Positions 24,362 to 36,965 of a DNA stretch of 64,000 nucleotides are shown piece by piece. Positions within the stretch are counted from its first letter, which is position 1; each line of letters opens with the position of its first letter. Position numbers and translations under genes: made by a program. Source of the DNA: Podarcis liolepis (taxonomy: Eukaryota); assembly GCA_965112155.1 (NCBI GenBank), contig OZ218101.1. The stretch is one strand, 5' to 3'. The notes under the pieces are model-generated. The model worked only from the letters and a program-made list of their open reading frames with translations. It did no database searches and had not been told where the DNA came from.

Positions 24362-24586
24362 CTAACAGGTGAAAAAAATACATGTTATTGCTATGGTTCA
24401 CAACCAAAAGGTCCAACCAAAAGAGTGAGGAATCGAAGAGCAAGGAAAATACTACATAATTGTTTAACCTGTCCAAAGTGGGTTTTGTGCCAAGACAAAG
24501 CTTTTGAAGCCTACCTGCAAAGACAAGCTAGGAGCTCTGCTAGAAAGATCCAGCAAGTATTCTAAAGTTTGCAAGAAAGAACATAC

Positions 24587-24772
24587 CCATTATTCCTGGC
24601 CAAGCCAAGTCTTCATTGTCATCTCTCTCTTTACCAGGAGCTAAATGGTTGAATCTGTCCAAATGCTCTAGTAGACCAGCCAGCAAAGGAATCGCACCGG
24701 CTTCCTGGATGAGTCCAGCATTCTTACTGAGAAGAAGTACTATAGATACGACCAACTCTGGAAGGAGGACAC
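24587..24772 (-). CDS. HERC2: HERC2 exon 23
   Basis: VLLPELVVSIVLLLSKNAGLIQEAG...DDNEDLAWPGIM. Confidence 0.95.
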
Positions 24773-24860
24773 CTAAGGGGAAATAGAGACGTTCAGCAAA
24801 ACTCTGGAAGCATTAACCCTGTAGACAGGCTCTAAAACAAAGGACAAGACGAGTCAGTAC

Positions 24861-25016
24861 CTGTTAGGTCTCCATCTACAATGCGAGATACTTCTGCAAA
24901 ATGCCTGTGACTGGTGGATGCAATGCTAGTAGCTACAGGCAGTATGTCTCCAATATGTGTACACAAAAGGGCTGTGTATTTCTTCAACAGAGAACCAACT
25001 CCTAAAAGCTCAGGAC
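24861..25016 (-). CDS. HERC2: HERC2 exon 22
   Basis: PELLGVGSLLKKYTALLCTHIGDILPVATSIASTSHRHFAEVSRIVDGDLT. Confidence 0.95.
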
Positions 25017-25230
25017 CTGTCAAAAAATAAAAGAATCGTTTTATTTTTAAAGATCATAAGCAACATCTAGAAAGTCAAAACCTGCAAAAGGCTTGTTATT
25101 ATTAACTATTAATGCATTTAAACACAGCTAACTTGCAGAGTAAAGTAGCAATTTGAAAAAGCTATTTAATACAGTTTTTAAATGGACGTCAACAGAATGC
25201 TAGCAATAGCCAAAAAGAAGTACTACTTAC

Positions 25231-25415
25231 TGTATGTATTCGGGATCTGGCCAGCACTATCGCCTGGATACAGCTTACTCACAAGCAAACGCTGAAAACG
25301 CAGCAGCAGGTCTAGAGAAGCAGACCTCTCTTTATTGTAATGTTCATGATCTAAGCAGGAAGAAATACGGCGAGCCACATCTTTCAGTTTAGCGATCGTC
25401 TGGGAAGCAATGTTC
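25231..25415 (-). CDS. HERC2: HERC2 exon 21
   Basis: NIASQTIAKLKDVARRISSCLDHEHYNKERSASLDLLLRFQRLLVSKLYPG. Confidence 0.95.
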
Positions 25416-26195
25416 CTGATGGGAATAATGTTTTAAAGAAGGTTTTAAAAGACATCTTGAATAAACAGGTAACAACTAACTAGGCACAAACTAAGATTTT
25501 GTTGTGATTCTTGGGAGTCAGGAAGCTCATGCATTTTGACTGGCTACGTTGGTGCCATGACGGTCTCAGAAGAGCAATTTGTTTCGTATTCCCAAAAATG
25601 AAGATCATCTATTTTTCTACATCATCCCCAGTTCCATCGGTGTTGACAAAATAAGCTGCTGTAAAAGAAGTACTGTGCTGAAGTGTTGGGCAACATGATA
25701 TTCTTACTTAAATCTATTGCATTAATGTAGGGTATGTGTTCTTAGGTACAAAATAGTATCAAACTGGCAAATATAAAGCACACTGGCCAAAAGCCAAAAA
25801 GCTACTTTAGGTATGCTTAAGGGCTTGGCTATTCTCAGAACAGTTCTTCCATTTTAAAACAGCTAACCCTGATACCATATTACAATCTGCTTTTGAAAAT
25901 CCTCTCTGTTTCAAAAGCAGCAAGAAAACTGTCCATGCAGTTTTGCCACTCAAAATGGCAGGCTAGCACATACTCCCTTAAATTTGCGCTCACAAATGTG
26001 TCTGCTGTTTCTCCGTGCTGAGTTTCTTATACCTTATTACCGCACAGTAAACATTTAAAAAAAGAGAGAGACTGCCCAGGAACATAGAAGAAGCATAGGA
26101 GGAAGCAGAGGTCAGAGGTTTTCTGTTTTGTTTTTTAAAAGAATAAAATGTGGAAAAGGGTAATGATTCAGTAAACAGCCTTGCTGAAAAGCTAC

Positions 26196-26374
26196 CTTAG
26201 CAATTGCTGAATTAGCTGAACCAGAGGTAAGCTCTGCTTTCCTGCAGATTCATAGATCCCAGTATTAATAAGGTCTTTGTCCAATGGTGTTCTACTCCTG
26301 TGAAGTGTTGATGCGTTTGCTTCCTGTTCATCAATTTCTTTCTCTTTCTGGGCTTCTTTTTTTGCCTCTATATC
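26196..26374 (-). CDS. HERC2: HERC2 exon 20
   Basis: DIEAKKEAQKEKEIDEQEANASTLHRSRTPLDKDLINTG...LVQLIQQLL. Confidence 0.95.
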
Positions 26375-27572
26375 CTACAAAATGAAAAGTTGAAAGTGAA
26401 ATCAGTAAACATTCTATACTGTAGCTGAAATGAATGGGAGTCATGTCCACTAAAAAAAGACACGGAATGTTCTGCCACGGAAACCTGAATTAATGGCATT
26501 CCTGCACACTACAGTATATTCTATTGGATTTTTCCTTCTGCAGTAAAGTTAGCAGTATTAGGACCATGTGGCTGGTTCATGGAACAGAAAGCAATAGAGA
26601 CTGCACTGGAAATAATTTGAGTAGAATGAGCAGCTGAACCCAACAACACAAAGATACCGAATAAATAAGTCACTGCTCAAAGAATCCTGAACCCACGTAG
26701 GTTGGATAAATGTGGAAATGAAAGCACCAGGCACAAATGAACTATTTGTTATTGAAAAGATGCTGTCCCAACTTTTCCCATCACTTCCTCAAAGTGAACT
26801 ATATGGATGTAATGGAGAAACTTGTCCAAAAAGATAGCTGCATTAATTTCTTCATCTGAAGAATGATGGCTATGGTTTTATAAGCCACACATTTCTCAAT
26901 ATCAACAAGAGGTGTGAAAATGGAAAACAGCCTTCCACTATAGGGCAACGTCAACTATCCAGCCCATAAGAAGTTAAGATTTTCAGAATTACTGATCTAC
27001 TATCCATGTATATTTATTTATTTTTAGTTTTAGTTTTATTTGTCATGACCAAGTTCTTCTATTCAGGAAGAAAGCAGCAGGATAGAGCTGAGATGCCATT
27101 TCCCTCCTCACAAGACACAGCAATGCCAGTGATACTTTCATAGATTTCAAAGCAGCTACAGGAGAGGCTTTGCTATGTGTAATATGCAGCTATTACATGG
27201 CTAATACCCTCATGCACAAGTCTAAACTTTTGAGGGCTTGAGGCACCAAATTCTAGGCAGGGTCAGACTACACAGAGAGAAAGCCTCTTAAACAAAAAGT
27301 TACAAGTGATATAGTTACCTCTGGATATTTTCAATCAATAGAAAAGAAAGGTTGATCTGGAATGACACAGCCAGCTTTCTAATCTACTACATGAAATGCC
27401 CACCTACTTACAGTGTCTTTTCTAATCCTTACAGAACAAAATAAATATTCACTCCACTCTTTTATATTACCACCGTTAAACAAAGAACATAGGCTTGTTT
27501 GAAACTAACTGGTTTCCAACAGTAATCTTTTCCATTTCATCAGAATGCACAAGCTGTACTAAGTAAGCATAC

Positions 27573-27697
27573 CTGGATTTCTGCAGTGATCGCAGCATTC
27601 AGGGCAGACTCAAGACCCCCATCGGCCATTAAGCTTCCAACCAGAAGATCAATCATGAATCTACGGCCTGGACTTACATTTGTTTCATTCCCTGAAA
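27573..27697 (-). CDS. HERC2: HERC2 exon 19
   Basis: SGNETNVSPGRRFMIDLLVGSLMADGGLESALNAAITAEIQ. Confidence 0.95.
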
Positions 27698-27825
27698 CTA
27701 AACATTGAGAGAACTCTTACTTGACTAGAACACCAACACACACATACACGTACATATGAAGGAAGCACAAAACGGCTTGGGCAACATCTTCCTTCCCCAC
27801 CCACGTGACCACACACAAAACATAC

Positions 27826-28054
27826 CTGCACTGGGTAGAAGTGCCGAAAGAGCCCTCGCTCGTTCCTCGGCTGTTGGCAGCAACACAGACCACCCACTTT
27901 GCAACACTGCTTGGGCAGCTGTCTGAACGGTGTTGAGCACACCTGCATTACTTGCTAAAGTCACTACTGTCTGCTTCAAGCTGTTGAGTAAGACACTGCC
28001 CAATCCCAAACCAAGACATTCTGGGTCCACTTGGTGGCTGATTGCAGCATGAAG
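27826..28054 (-). CDS. HERC2: HERC2 exon 18
   Basis: LHAAISHQVDPECLGLGLGSVLLNSLKQ...ERARALSALLPSA. Confidence 0.95.
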
Positions 28055-28249
28055 CTGAAAGACAAAACACAGAGAGGCTTCTTTATCAGTGATAAAGCTG
28101 AAACCCATTCAGGGAGGAACAAAATAGTATTCCTGAAGCATTTTCTATTTCCAAGTTTCATACACTTGCTGAAGCACCACAGTTTGGCAGCACCAAATAC
28201 ATATTTCCATCATCTGTAAAAGTTATTTAGCAAATGAAAGCAGAATATC

Positions 28250-28720
28250 CCGGTGATTCTCCCGGGAGAATCCGCGACCAGAAAGAAAAGGAACATCAAG
28301 AAGACTGGAAGAAATTTAAAGACTACTTGAATAAATATTGTAATATTAAAGATATGTAACCACTAGAAAGAAACAATTAGGCCTAGGATTAAAATGGAAT
28401 TAAATTTATAAATAAGAAAATGTACGATAAGGAAAGCTATGTAATATGATTAGGACTGTGATATGGTCTTTTGAAACACTGATATTGGAAACTGCTACTT
28501 ATAATTACTAAGAAATTTGGATGGAAGAGATTCGAGGAAGTCAAATACTATGTTTATGAAGATGGATGGTACTTAATTTTAATTAATTAAGTGGTAATAT
28601 GTTGTATGTATCTTTTTTCCTTTTTTCTCTTTTATTTTTTGTTTGTCTTTATTATTGTTAATCTTTTCTTTCTTTACTATGTTTATCTACTGAAAATAAT
28701 AAATATTATTGGGGGGGGGG
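28250..28720 (+). mobile_element. 5'-truncated L1-like insertion
   Basis: IRDQKEKEHQEDWKKFKDYLNKYC* ORF2 end, AT-rich 3' UTR, AATAAA; 17-bp TSD AATGAAAGCAGAATATC. Confidence 0.8.
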
Positions 28721-29092
28721 AATGAAAGCAGAATATCTCCAAACTGTCCAGTAAGGCATGGTAAAGCAAAGGTAGTGTTATCCTTGAGCTATGCAGATCT
28801 AGGTTCAACTTCCAATCCCAGCTCAGTAATAAATTCCCTGGCTGAACATAGACTCGCTGCTAATTAAACTGCAGTTTGCAGAAAGGAAAACTGGAGTAAA
28901 AACCAACTCTTTCTGATTTGATCAGCACTGCAAAGAATTGGGCAAATTACAGGGGTTGCTGTTTTTTCCTAATAAATGAATCAACAGTCAACACAAAATA
29001 CAATGGCCATTGCACTTTTAAAAGTCAATGTGATCCGCACAATTGTTTCAGATTTTGTAATTTCAGTCTTAGTTCAGCAACCATTAAGATAC

Positions 29093-29293
29093 CTGAAGTC
29101 TCAGAAGATTCAGAGTCGCCACAGCCATACATTCTTTCTCTTGCGGAGGGGGCCAGTCCGAAGTGCCATCCATTCCTTCCGTCACTTGTCTAAGTAAGAG
29201 ATCCAGTTGTTCAAACGTCATTGGGCAAACATCTACCACAAAAGGCACTCGTAAACCGATAGACCATTCGGAACAAGATGACCAAGCAAAGCT
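29093..29293 (-). CDS. HERC2: HERC2 exon 17
   Basis: SFAWSSCSEWSIGLRVPFVVDVCPMTFEQLDLLLRQ...VATLNLLRLQ. Confidence 0.95.
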
Positions 29294-29512
29294 CTAGAAG
29301 GAAATACAAAAAGATAGGCAGCAATGTTAAACTTAAGACCCAAGCGGGGGGGGGGGGCTAGAATTAAAGGCAAATAGTAACTGAGAAGAGAAACTGCATC
29401 ACAAAAGGGACTTCCATAATCAAGGATTTCCACTCTAACAGAAATATCTAAAGATATTTTTATATTTTTATATATCTAAAGATATATAAAAAACAGTAAA
29501 ATTGAAGCCTAC

Positions 29513-29706
29513 CTGAGCTGGCCCACAAGCGATGCCAACAATGTGCTTAGAATCTAGTCCAGGAAGAGCAGTAGGTTCAGGTTTAGTGATCCTCAGGGTA
29601 TCAAAATGCTGGCACTGATCATTGCTTCCCCAGCTATATACTTCACTGTCTTCTGTGAGTGCTAAACAGTGGGTGGATCCAGCTGCTACATCTATTACTT
29701 TTTTTC
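29513..29706 (-). CDS. HERC2: HERC2 exon 16 (RCC1 repeat)
   Basis: KKVIDVAAGSTHCLALTEDSEVYSWGSNDQCQH...GIACGPAQ. Confidence 0.95.
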
Positions 29707-30157
29707 CTGGTGGGGGGCGGGGGAACACACATACAGATAATGAGAAAAATCAGTATTGCAGCCACATCTGAAAGCCTGGCTAGAAGAGGAGAGCTCTCTC
29801 TTTAGCAATGTCTACAAAACAAGAAATCAGCAAGGGATGGTGGTGTTTGTTGCACCAATAACCAAAATTTCCAAGTGTCTCCCGTTTTAAAAAATAAAGT
29901 TAACATAAGGACAACCCTTCTCAATCAGGTCAAAAGCCTACCTAGTCCGGCATTCTGTTCTCACAGAAGCCAATCAAATGCCAGCAAGAAGCCCACAAGA
30001 CAATGTGGTGTAGTGCTTCAAGCACAGGACGAGGATCTGGGAGACCAAGCTAAAAATATTTTCCCCACCAATTTGCACAGAATGGGTGCTAACCTCATCA
30101 TTTTCTCAAAATTACAATATTCTAGTTAACACAGCTGGTAGTTGCCTCTTCACCTAC

Positions 30158-30409
30158 CTTGCAAACCTTCAAGCAGTTTGGGATATCGAACGTGTTCCTC
30201 TGTTCCATGCCCAAGCCTCTGATTGTCACCCTTTCCCCAAGAGTAGACCTGCCCGTCTTTCGTAAGCGCAACGGAAAACTGGCTCCCGCAGCGAACTTTG
30301 ACAACGTCCAAATCTTGAAGTTTTTCTATCAGTTTTGGAGTTTTGCATCCATCGCTGCCGCCTCTCCCCAGCTTCCCATAATCTCCGTCGCCCCAAGACC
30401 ACACCTGAC
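30158..30409 (-). CDS. HERC2: HERC2 exon 15 (RCC1 repeats)
   Basis: [30 protein letters not shown]...[12 protein letters not shown]. Confidence 0.95.
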
Positions 30410-30764
30410 CTGGAAAAGTAGATTGCATTAGATGTAGCAACAGCTTTGTATCTTTAGACCGTGAGCCGAAACAAAATAAACATACCGGGCGGGGGGGGGG
30501 GGTAAAAAACAGAAATAATCTACCCAGATGGACAGCTAGAAATTAATACTGCACACCTGGCTTCACAATATTCTGAGAATAGAGATAATTAATCTGGCAC
30601 CCATTGTGCATATTTGGCTAACAATTTTATTAACAGTTGGGCACACAGTTCAAGCTAGCACACAAATCCAAATGGAAACAGGAAAGAGACACATGGCTTC
30701 CCAAATATCCCACGTGTAACTAAAAGCTGGCAAGGCTAATGATGCTATTGGTTGTTCCACTAAC

Positions 30765-30878
30765 CATTTTCAGTCACAGCCAGAGTCTGAGCATCGCCAC
30801 TCCCACAAGAGACATCAATGACTTTCAGTCCTTTCAGCCCAGTAACCAACATTGGGATCGTCTGGTCTTCACTGGAGC
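30765..30878 (-). CDS. HERC2: HERC2 exon 14 (RCC1 repeat)
   Basis: SSEDQTIPMLVTGLKGLKVIDVSCGSGDAQTLAVTEN. Confidence 0.95.
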
Positions 30879-30987
30879 CTTTGGAACAAAATAAAAATTA
30901 GATGCTTCTGTGCTAGTTATATACCAAGACAGGTTTAAACCTTGGGACTTCACAACTTAAACAATTTAAAGAAAGAAGAGCACATAC

Positions 30988-31145
30988 CATGACCTAGCCT
31001 GCCATAGTTTCCTCGCCCCCATGTGTACAACTCTCCTTCAGCAGTGATGGCAGCACTATAGGTACTTCCACAGGCAATGTGTACAACATGCTTTCCAGCC
31101 TGCTTCCCAGACAAAGCAGAAATCATCTTCGGTTCTTCTAAAGGT
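30988..31145 (-). CDS. HERC2: HERC2 exon 13 (RCC1 repeat)
   Basis: [52 protein letters not shown]. Confidence 0.95.
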
Positions 31146-32215
31146 CTGGGGGGGGGGCCAGGAAAGAATTGAAAGTCATTATTGTAAGAAGGCAATATAT
31201 ACTATGTACGCAAGTGCCAGATACAGAAAAATCAACCCACCCCAATTTACAGTGATGTCTGAACCAGGCCACTGAGATGCCCAGACAAATGGGTCAATGA
31301 CCCTATTTTGGCTTTAGAAGCTAAGACATAAACAAGTCTCATGCTTGCATAGGGAGTCTCTTTTCCTTCCTTAGCACGAGACGTTTAACTCCAGAAGATT
31401 TCAGTTAAACATAGTTTCCCATTATGTCTGAACCAAGAAACTATAGTACCTGGGTTCAGAACAGGCAAGGATTCTAGCTTGTTCCAAACCCAGGAAGCAT
31501 CATTTCATGGATTGGATGTAACAGAAAAACACAATTGACTGAAGACTCCTGAGATTAAACACAGTGTGCAGAGAAGGGAGCAAGTTTTAGAGTGAGGAGA
31601 CCAAATTCAAATTCCTGCTCAATCTTGGGCCAGTCACTCAGTCTCAGCCTGAAATACCTCACAGAGTTGATATGAAAATAAATGGGTGGGAGAACCCATG
31701 TACACTGCTTTGAGCTTCATGGAGAAAAGGCAGAATAGAAATATAATTAACAAATATTAAAGAAGGAAGGAAGGATGGATGCCAAAGGTGGTATCAGAAC
31801 AACCCATGAATGCAGAACTATCAAGCTGAAATATCAACTGAGCCATCAAGATCACTTAGTCATACACACACAAACACACATTCACTCTCTGTCTGGCTAG
31901 CTGTCTTCCAGACTGTTACCTCTTCTCTACAAAGAAAATAGAAATTTGATAGCTACTGGATTATTGAACCATTCAGAATGAAGGCTTCCTGGTGAGTCTA
32001 CTGTAGATCAATATGCATCAGGAACACAAAAGAAAGAGACAGCTGCAATTTAGCATGCTCAATACAGAAAAGACACGGGGAAAGGGGTGACGGGGGGGCA
32101 AGTAAAACGAAGTTTTAAAAGGAATGCCACCCAATTCACAGCAGAAGCAGAACAAATATCCTACTCTATTTTATTTCATCATGCATATAAGTCACCATTA
32201 TTCTAGGATACTTAC

Positions 32216-32367
32216 ACAGTGTCTCCATGGCCGAGTCGCCCACCATCTCCACACCCCCAAGAGAAAACTTCACCACTTGCTGCCAGGGCAAGGTAGTGGT
32301 GGCCGTCTGAATGTGCGGCAATCTTGACAATGTTTCTAGAAGCAAGACTCTGCACCAGCTGAGGTCC
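32216..32367 (-). CDS. HERC2: HERC2 exon 12 (RCC1 repeat)
   Basis: GPQLVQSLASRNIVKIAAHSDGHHYLALAASGEVFSWGCGDGGRLGHGDT. Confidence 0.95.
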
Positions 32368-32924
32368 CTACAAAGTTCAACAACAACAAAACATGCATAC
32401 ATGTTATGACTTACAGAGAAATGGAAGCAAACAGATGAGCATTAAGAAACTTTATACAAAGAAGTTACAGGTCATATCTTTTTTGGTGTTTTTTTTAGAA
32501 AATGGGTTTCAATTGAATTAACAAGGCGAGAAGTTTCAATAGCTGAACGTTCTGAGAAACTATTATATTTAGAAACCTTAAGATCTAAACTACATGGGAA
32601 ATCCATGAACCCAAGCCTCAAACTGGATCAGGACTGCACCACTGGGGAATACTGTTTGTTCAGTTAAAAAAATTTAAAATCTTCTTTCCCTCTCAACTGC
32701 TTCCCCTATTTCACGCCTGCTATTCACCACTAATGAGAAGACGGGCATGTATAATATTGCATCTTTGATCCTTCCCATAGCTAAGAGTAGAGTACTGGCA
32801 ACAGCAGGAGGGTTTACATAGCTGGAAAGTGAAGGGGAAGGTCACACCTCCTTCCCTCCCCTATTGGGAGTTCCCACAGCTGCTTTTTTTACAAATGATG
32901 CATGAAGGTAATAAATAAATAGTA

Positions 32925-32961
<37 letters not shown>
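32925..32961. repeat. (AAT)n microsatellite
   Basis: Visible tandem trinucleotide. Confidence 0.95.
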
Positions 32962-32963
<2 letters not shown>

Positions 32964-33315
32964 GTATTAGTATTAAAGTACACTTCTTCCACATCATGTC
33001 AAGCTTGGAAGGAAGAAAACACATCCATTGATCAAAATCAGCTTTGCAAAAGGCATTTCATATACTCAATTACAAAGGCAGAAATGATACGGTAAGCTGT
33101 GTCCAAGAAACAGTTCAGGGAAGTATTCATTAACACCAGAAATGAAGCAATGGAGTTTCTTTAAAAACAGATATGAATACTGCATTGCCAGGCAAAGTGA
33201 AAAAAGGAGATTTTGCTATCATGAGCTCCATCATACCTGCAACAAAAACATTATTTTAATAGCTACAAGTTATTTTTTTAAAAAACTAATTAGGAAGTAA
33301 TCAGAAGTCACCTAC

Positions 33316-33504
33316 CAGCGTATCACTATTGTATGCTTGTGTGTAAACACGTCCATTTCTAGATAAGATTAAGAAGCGCTTTTCTGCGCAAGCAACTTGC
33401 ATCACTCCAAGATTGGCAAGTCCTTCGCACTGAATTGGACCACTCACGTTGGCATAATATTTCCATCCTATTAAACCCCACGCAATAACCTCTTGCAAAG
33501 AGCC
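33316..33504 (-). CDS. HERC2: HERC2 exon 11 (start of RCC1-like domain 1)
   Basis: GSLQEVIAWGLIGWKYYANVSGPIQCEG...RVYTQAYNSDTL. Confidence 0.95.
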
Positions 33505-34225
33505 CTGGAAAGCAATTCATAATTTAAGAACTTTTATCAAACATCTGTCTAAACTTAGAATCTCTAGAAATTACAGTGCTTCAACTAATTTTTATATTGG
33601 CTCCAGATTTATGGACCCAAAGCTACCTAAAGAAAATGGAGAATGTAAGTAAATATGGTTGTGTTTTTTAAAGGTGGTGAAAGCTTTGGAACAACAGAAA
33701 AAGGGTTTAAAGTACTTGCATTGTGTTATTTCAATTTAATTGCTTTAAATGTACTTCACAATAGTATTTTACTCTCTGGAAATTGGTATGCACATTTCAA
33801 AACTTGATGTCAGTCGCTGACAAGTTACAAGGGGCCATATTTGATTGCTTTGTCTATCTATTAGGATTTGGAAGGGAAGGAGGCAGAGATTCAACCCATA
33901 CTTCAGCACCTCTAAGCCTTTGCAATGCCATCCCTCATCCCCTCTAGTCCCTCAACCTTCTCCAGAAAACTATGAGACCCTCCAATGCAGAACGATTAAC
34001 AGCAGAACAAGAAATTCAAGGAGCTCTCTACGCTGTGTGACAAACTGATTTGGAAACTACAAAAGCAGGTTCTGGTAGCAGAAGCCAGGTGCTCAAAGTA
34101 AAAAATGTCACTGGGCTAAAATGAGCCCCTTGCATGAGCATAAAGCGCCTCTTGAGATCCCAATCAGATTTGTTAAGTTCTAATTTACCAGTTAACTTTA
34201 TCCACAGAAAGCATATGCAAGTTAC

Positions 34226-34399
34226 CTTATGTGATGTTGGAGAACTGCACTGTGGAGGCATACAGGGAGTAGCCAGGCGGTCTAAGTGAGCCATAATCAC
34301 AACTGCCGTTTGCCTTAAATCAATGGCCAGCTCATTGTCCTGTGGCAATATTAGATACCTTAAGAAGTTTTCATTTGGACTCAATGGGTAGGACAGCAT
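34226..34399 (-). CDS. HERC2: HERC2 exon 10
   Basis: [58 protein letters not shown]. Confidence 0.95.
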
Positions 34400-34594
34400 C
34401 TAAAGCAAAAAAATGAAAAGTCAGCTAAATAGCTCAGTTGGCTGGAGTGTGGTGCTGATAACGCCAAGGCTGTAGGTTTGATCCCCGTAAAGGAAAGCTA
34501 CATAAATATGTTCCCTTAACATCAATTAAATATTGTTTCACGTTGCACGGCTCTGGGTGTACAGGCTAAATGAACTCATCATAAAGGTACATAC

Positions 34595-34766
34595 CTGAAG
34601 CTCTTCTTCGGTATTGCTGATCTCTTTATTGCAAATGATGCTCTGAAACCTTTGCAGCAAAGGAAGGAGGGGAGCACTGGTTCCCTGCGCTGACCGCTCA
34701 TTATCCGTTTCCCGTGTACCACTGTCCCAGAGTTGGAGCAATAGCATGACAGCAGACAACATTTGG
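34595..34766 (-). CDS. HERC2: HERC2 exon 9
   Basis: QMLSAVMLLLQLWDSGTRETDNERSAQGTSAPLLPLLQRFQSIICNKEISNTEEELQ. Confidence 0.95.
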
Positions 34767-34959
34767 CTGAGAGGGGGGGAAATGACCAAAGTTGGAAATG
34801 CTGTAGAACAAACCTCACATTGCTACCATTTTCACCTTGCTCCTATTTCACGAAGAACTCCCCACTGCTACCAAATTTTAACAATGATGAAACCAAAACT
34901 GCAGTGTTGATGTAACTTATGAACAGATTTTGAACTGATGAAATCCTTGCATTACTCAC

Positions 34960-35070
34960 CTTAGTGTGCCTCTCTGGACAGCCAATTCTAGTAGAATAGC
35001 AAGTGCTAAGTGCTGGTCTTGCAACGGAATGTTTCCAGATCCTTTTGTCCCTGGAGCTCCATGGATGTCC
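34960..35070 (-). CDS. HERC2: HERC2 exon 8
   Basis: DIHGAPGTKGSGNIPLQDQHLALAILLELAVQRGTL. Confidence 0.95.
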
Positions 35071-35209
35071 CTAATTTAAAAGGGAGGAAATTTAAAAGGC
35101 AATTATTCCAATATATGAAAGTAAAAAACCAGTTTGTATTCCGTGCTTTGACACCTTTCACAACATAATTAAGCAACTTCGCTGATTTTATTCTTCCCCA
35201 GTTTAGAGA

Positions 35210-35385
35210 AAGGGCCACAGCTCAGGCCCCGGAGCACATGCAACAGGCCCCAGGTTCAATCCTGGCATTCATTAGGTACCAAAAGGAAATACCCTTCTTC
35301 AAAACCCAGGACAGCCACTGCCAGTCAGTGTAGGCAATACTGAATCAGATGGATTAAAGGTCTGATTTGGTGTAAGGCAGGGTTT
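35210..35385 (+). mobile_element. Squamate tRNA-derived SINE (Squam3-like)
   Basis: GGCCACAGCTCAG...GGTTCAATCCTGGC head and GCCAGTCAGTGTAGGCAATACTG core; related copies at about 36445-36590 (+) and 2255-2415 (-). Confidence 0.55.
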
Positions 35386-35453
35386 TTTTTCATTCCTCCA
35401 TTATTAATTTCTTTATATGCAAACTTTAAATGCAGCAAGGCTATTACTCCACA

Positions 35454-35643
35454 NNNNNNNNNNNNNNNNNNNNNNNNNNNNNNNNNNNNNNNNNNNNNNN
35501 NNNNNNNNNNNNNNNNNNNNNNNNNNNNNNNNNNNNNNNNNNNNNNNNNNNNNNNNNNNNNNNNNNNNNNNNNNNNNNNNNNNNNNNNNNNNNNNNNNNN
35601 NNNNNNNNNNNNNNNNNNNNNNNNNNNNNNNNNNNNNNNNNNN
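35454..35643. other. Assembly gap (190 N) in HERC2 intron 7
   Basis: Run of N. Confidence 1.
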
Positions 35644-35762
35644 CCAAGGGTACGCCATTTAAAAAAGAAAGAAGTATAAGCCAGAGTTCATATTCGCCGT
35701 ATTGCCGTTTCAAGACATTAAAAAAGTGATGCCCAAACGCTTAACTCTAGTTTCCTTATAGG

Positions 35763-35945
35763 TCATAGAGATCACAGAATTGTAGAGTTGGAAGGGACCC
35801 TGAGGATCATCTAGTCCAACCCCCTGCAGTGCATGCACCAGTCCCATACAGGGATTGAACCTGCAACCTTGGAGTTATCAGCATCATGCTCAAACCAACC
35901 GAGCTATCTAGGCTGACAGATGCGCTAACCAACTGAGCTATCTAG
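35763..35945 (-). mobile_element. tRNA-derived SINE with CR1-like tail (POM/Squam1-like)
   Basis: Tail GTAGAGTTGGAAGGGACCC...CATCTAGTCCAACCCC; tRNA-like head (reverse of GGGATTGAACCTGCAACCTTGG...CCAACTGAGCTA); related head on + at about 34423-34505. Confidence 0.65.
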
Positions 35946-36042
35946 GTATTCAAGAAAAGAACACAGGAACTATTGTTCAGTATGAAACCTTGAACGCGGC
36001 TTAAAAAAAAAAAGTTCAAGCACTCTTTAGAGAAAGACTTAC

Positions 36043-36199
36043 CCAGTTACAACAGACCTTAGAAATTTGGTTGCTCTTTCCACAACTTCCAGCCATACAG
36101 ATGATACGGTTCCTTCATCAAAGAGGGATGCTTCTGGCAATGCTCGTAGGGCATCAAGGGATTCTTGTAGCAGTTCACTGCAAAGATCTGCATCCTCAC
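36043..36199 (-). CDS. HERC2: HERC2 exon 7
   Basis: [52 protein letters not shown]. Confidence 0.95.
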
Positions 36200-36833
36200 C
36201 TAACAACATTAGCCATGTTAGGGTGCTTCATAGTACAGTGCAATTCAGGTTAATGGCAATCCCTCACAACTGATCTAAACATACACAGTGGAAATCCAGA
36301 CCATAAATTGAATTGCCACATCATTGATATAACCCTGCATCTATAGAATAGAAATAATAGAAGCCTTCTTTCCAGGAAGCTGAGAGAATGAAGATCGCCC
36401 ACAAACCAGTTCTGCATATGCAAGGCTTGTGCTTGTCAAAGCAGAACTGTAGCTCAATGGTATGCATAAGGTCCCATGTATGGGCAGGACTGGGAGAGAA
36501 CCCCGTCTGAAACCCTGGAAAGCTGCTGCTAGACAACACTGAGCTAGATGGATCACTGGTCTGACTCAATTTTAACTCCGCTTCCTCTGTTCCCACACTC
36601 ATTCTGCAACTTGAGAGATGTCACCAAACCCACTGGCAGAGGAAGAGGAGTGCGCCCCGCCCCCAGCAGCGTGATCCCAGTAGGGTGCCATCGCGGCTGC
36701 CCCAGGACACGCACCAGCCCTGCCTGCTCTCCACCCCCTGTGCTGGAGCATGAAGCTCCACCAGTGCCCAAACCATGAGTGTGCACAACTTCTCAAGTAG
36801 TCATTGTTCGGTGTCTGCTAATGAGAATGAACT

Positions 36834-36869
<36 letters not shown>

Positions 36870-36877
36870 GATAGATA
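36834..36877. repeat. (AGAC)n/(AGAT)n microsatellite
   Basis: Visible. Confidence 0.9.
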
Positions 36878-36965
36878 GCCCTGAAAAATACCTAAATGCA
36901 ACACAACAGTTAGATGGCAATATGTTTACCAGCCTAATAAGATATACAGCATCTTCCAACAATAC

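Noticed and set aside
29083-29092. GTATCT donors (exons 17 and 28) as U12-type introns
   Set aside because: They do not match the full GTATCCTT consensus, have strong U2-type exonic AG ends, and I saw no U12 branch point.
34423-34505. tRNA-Ile-like sequence as a tRNA gene
   Set aside because: A-box and anticodon arm resemble a tRNA, but the T-arm and acceptor stem are degenerate and it matches the SINE head seen at 35840-35945; it is a SINE remnant.
35413-35729. ORFs spanning the N run
   Set aside because: Artefacts of the assembly gap. HERC2 exons 7 and 8 join in frame, so no coding exon is missing.
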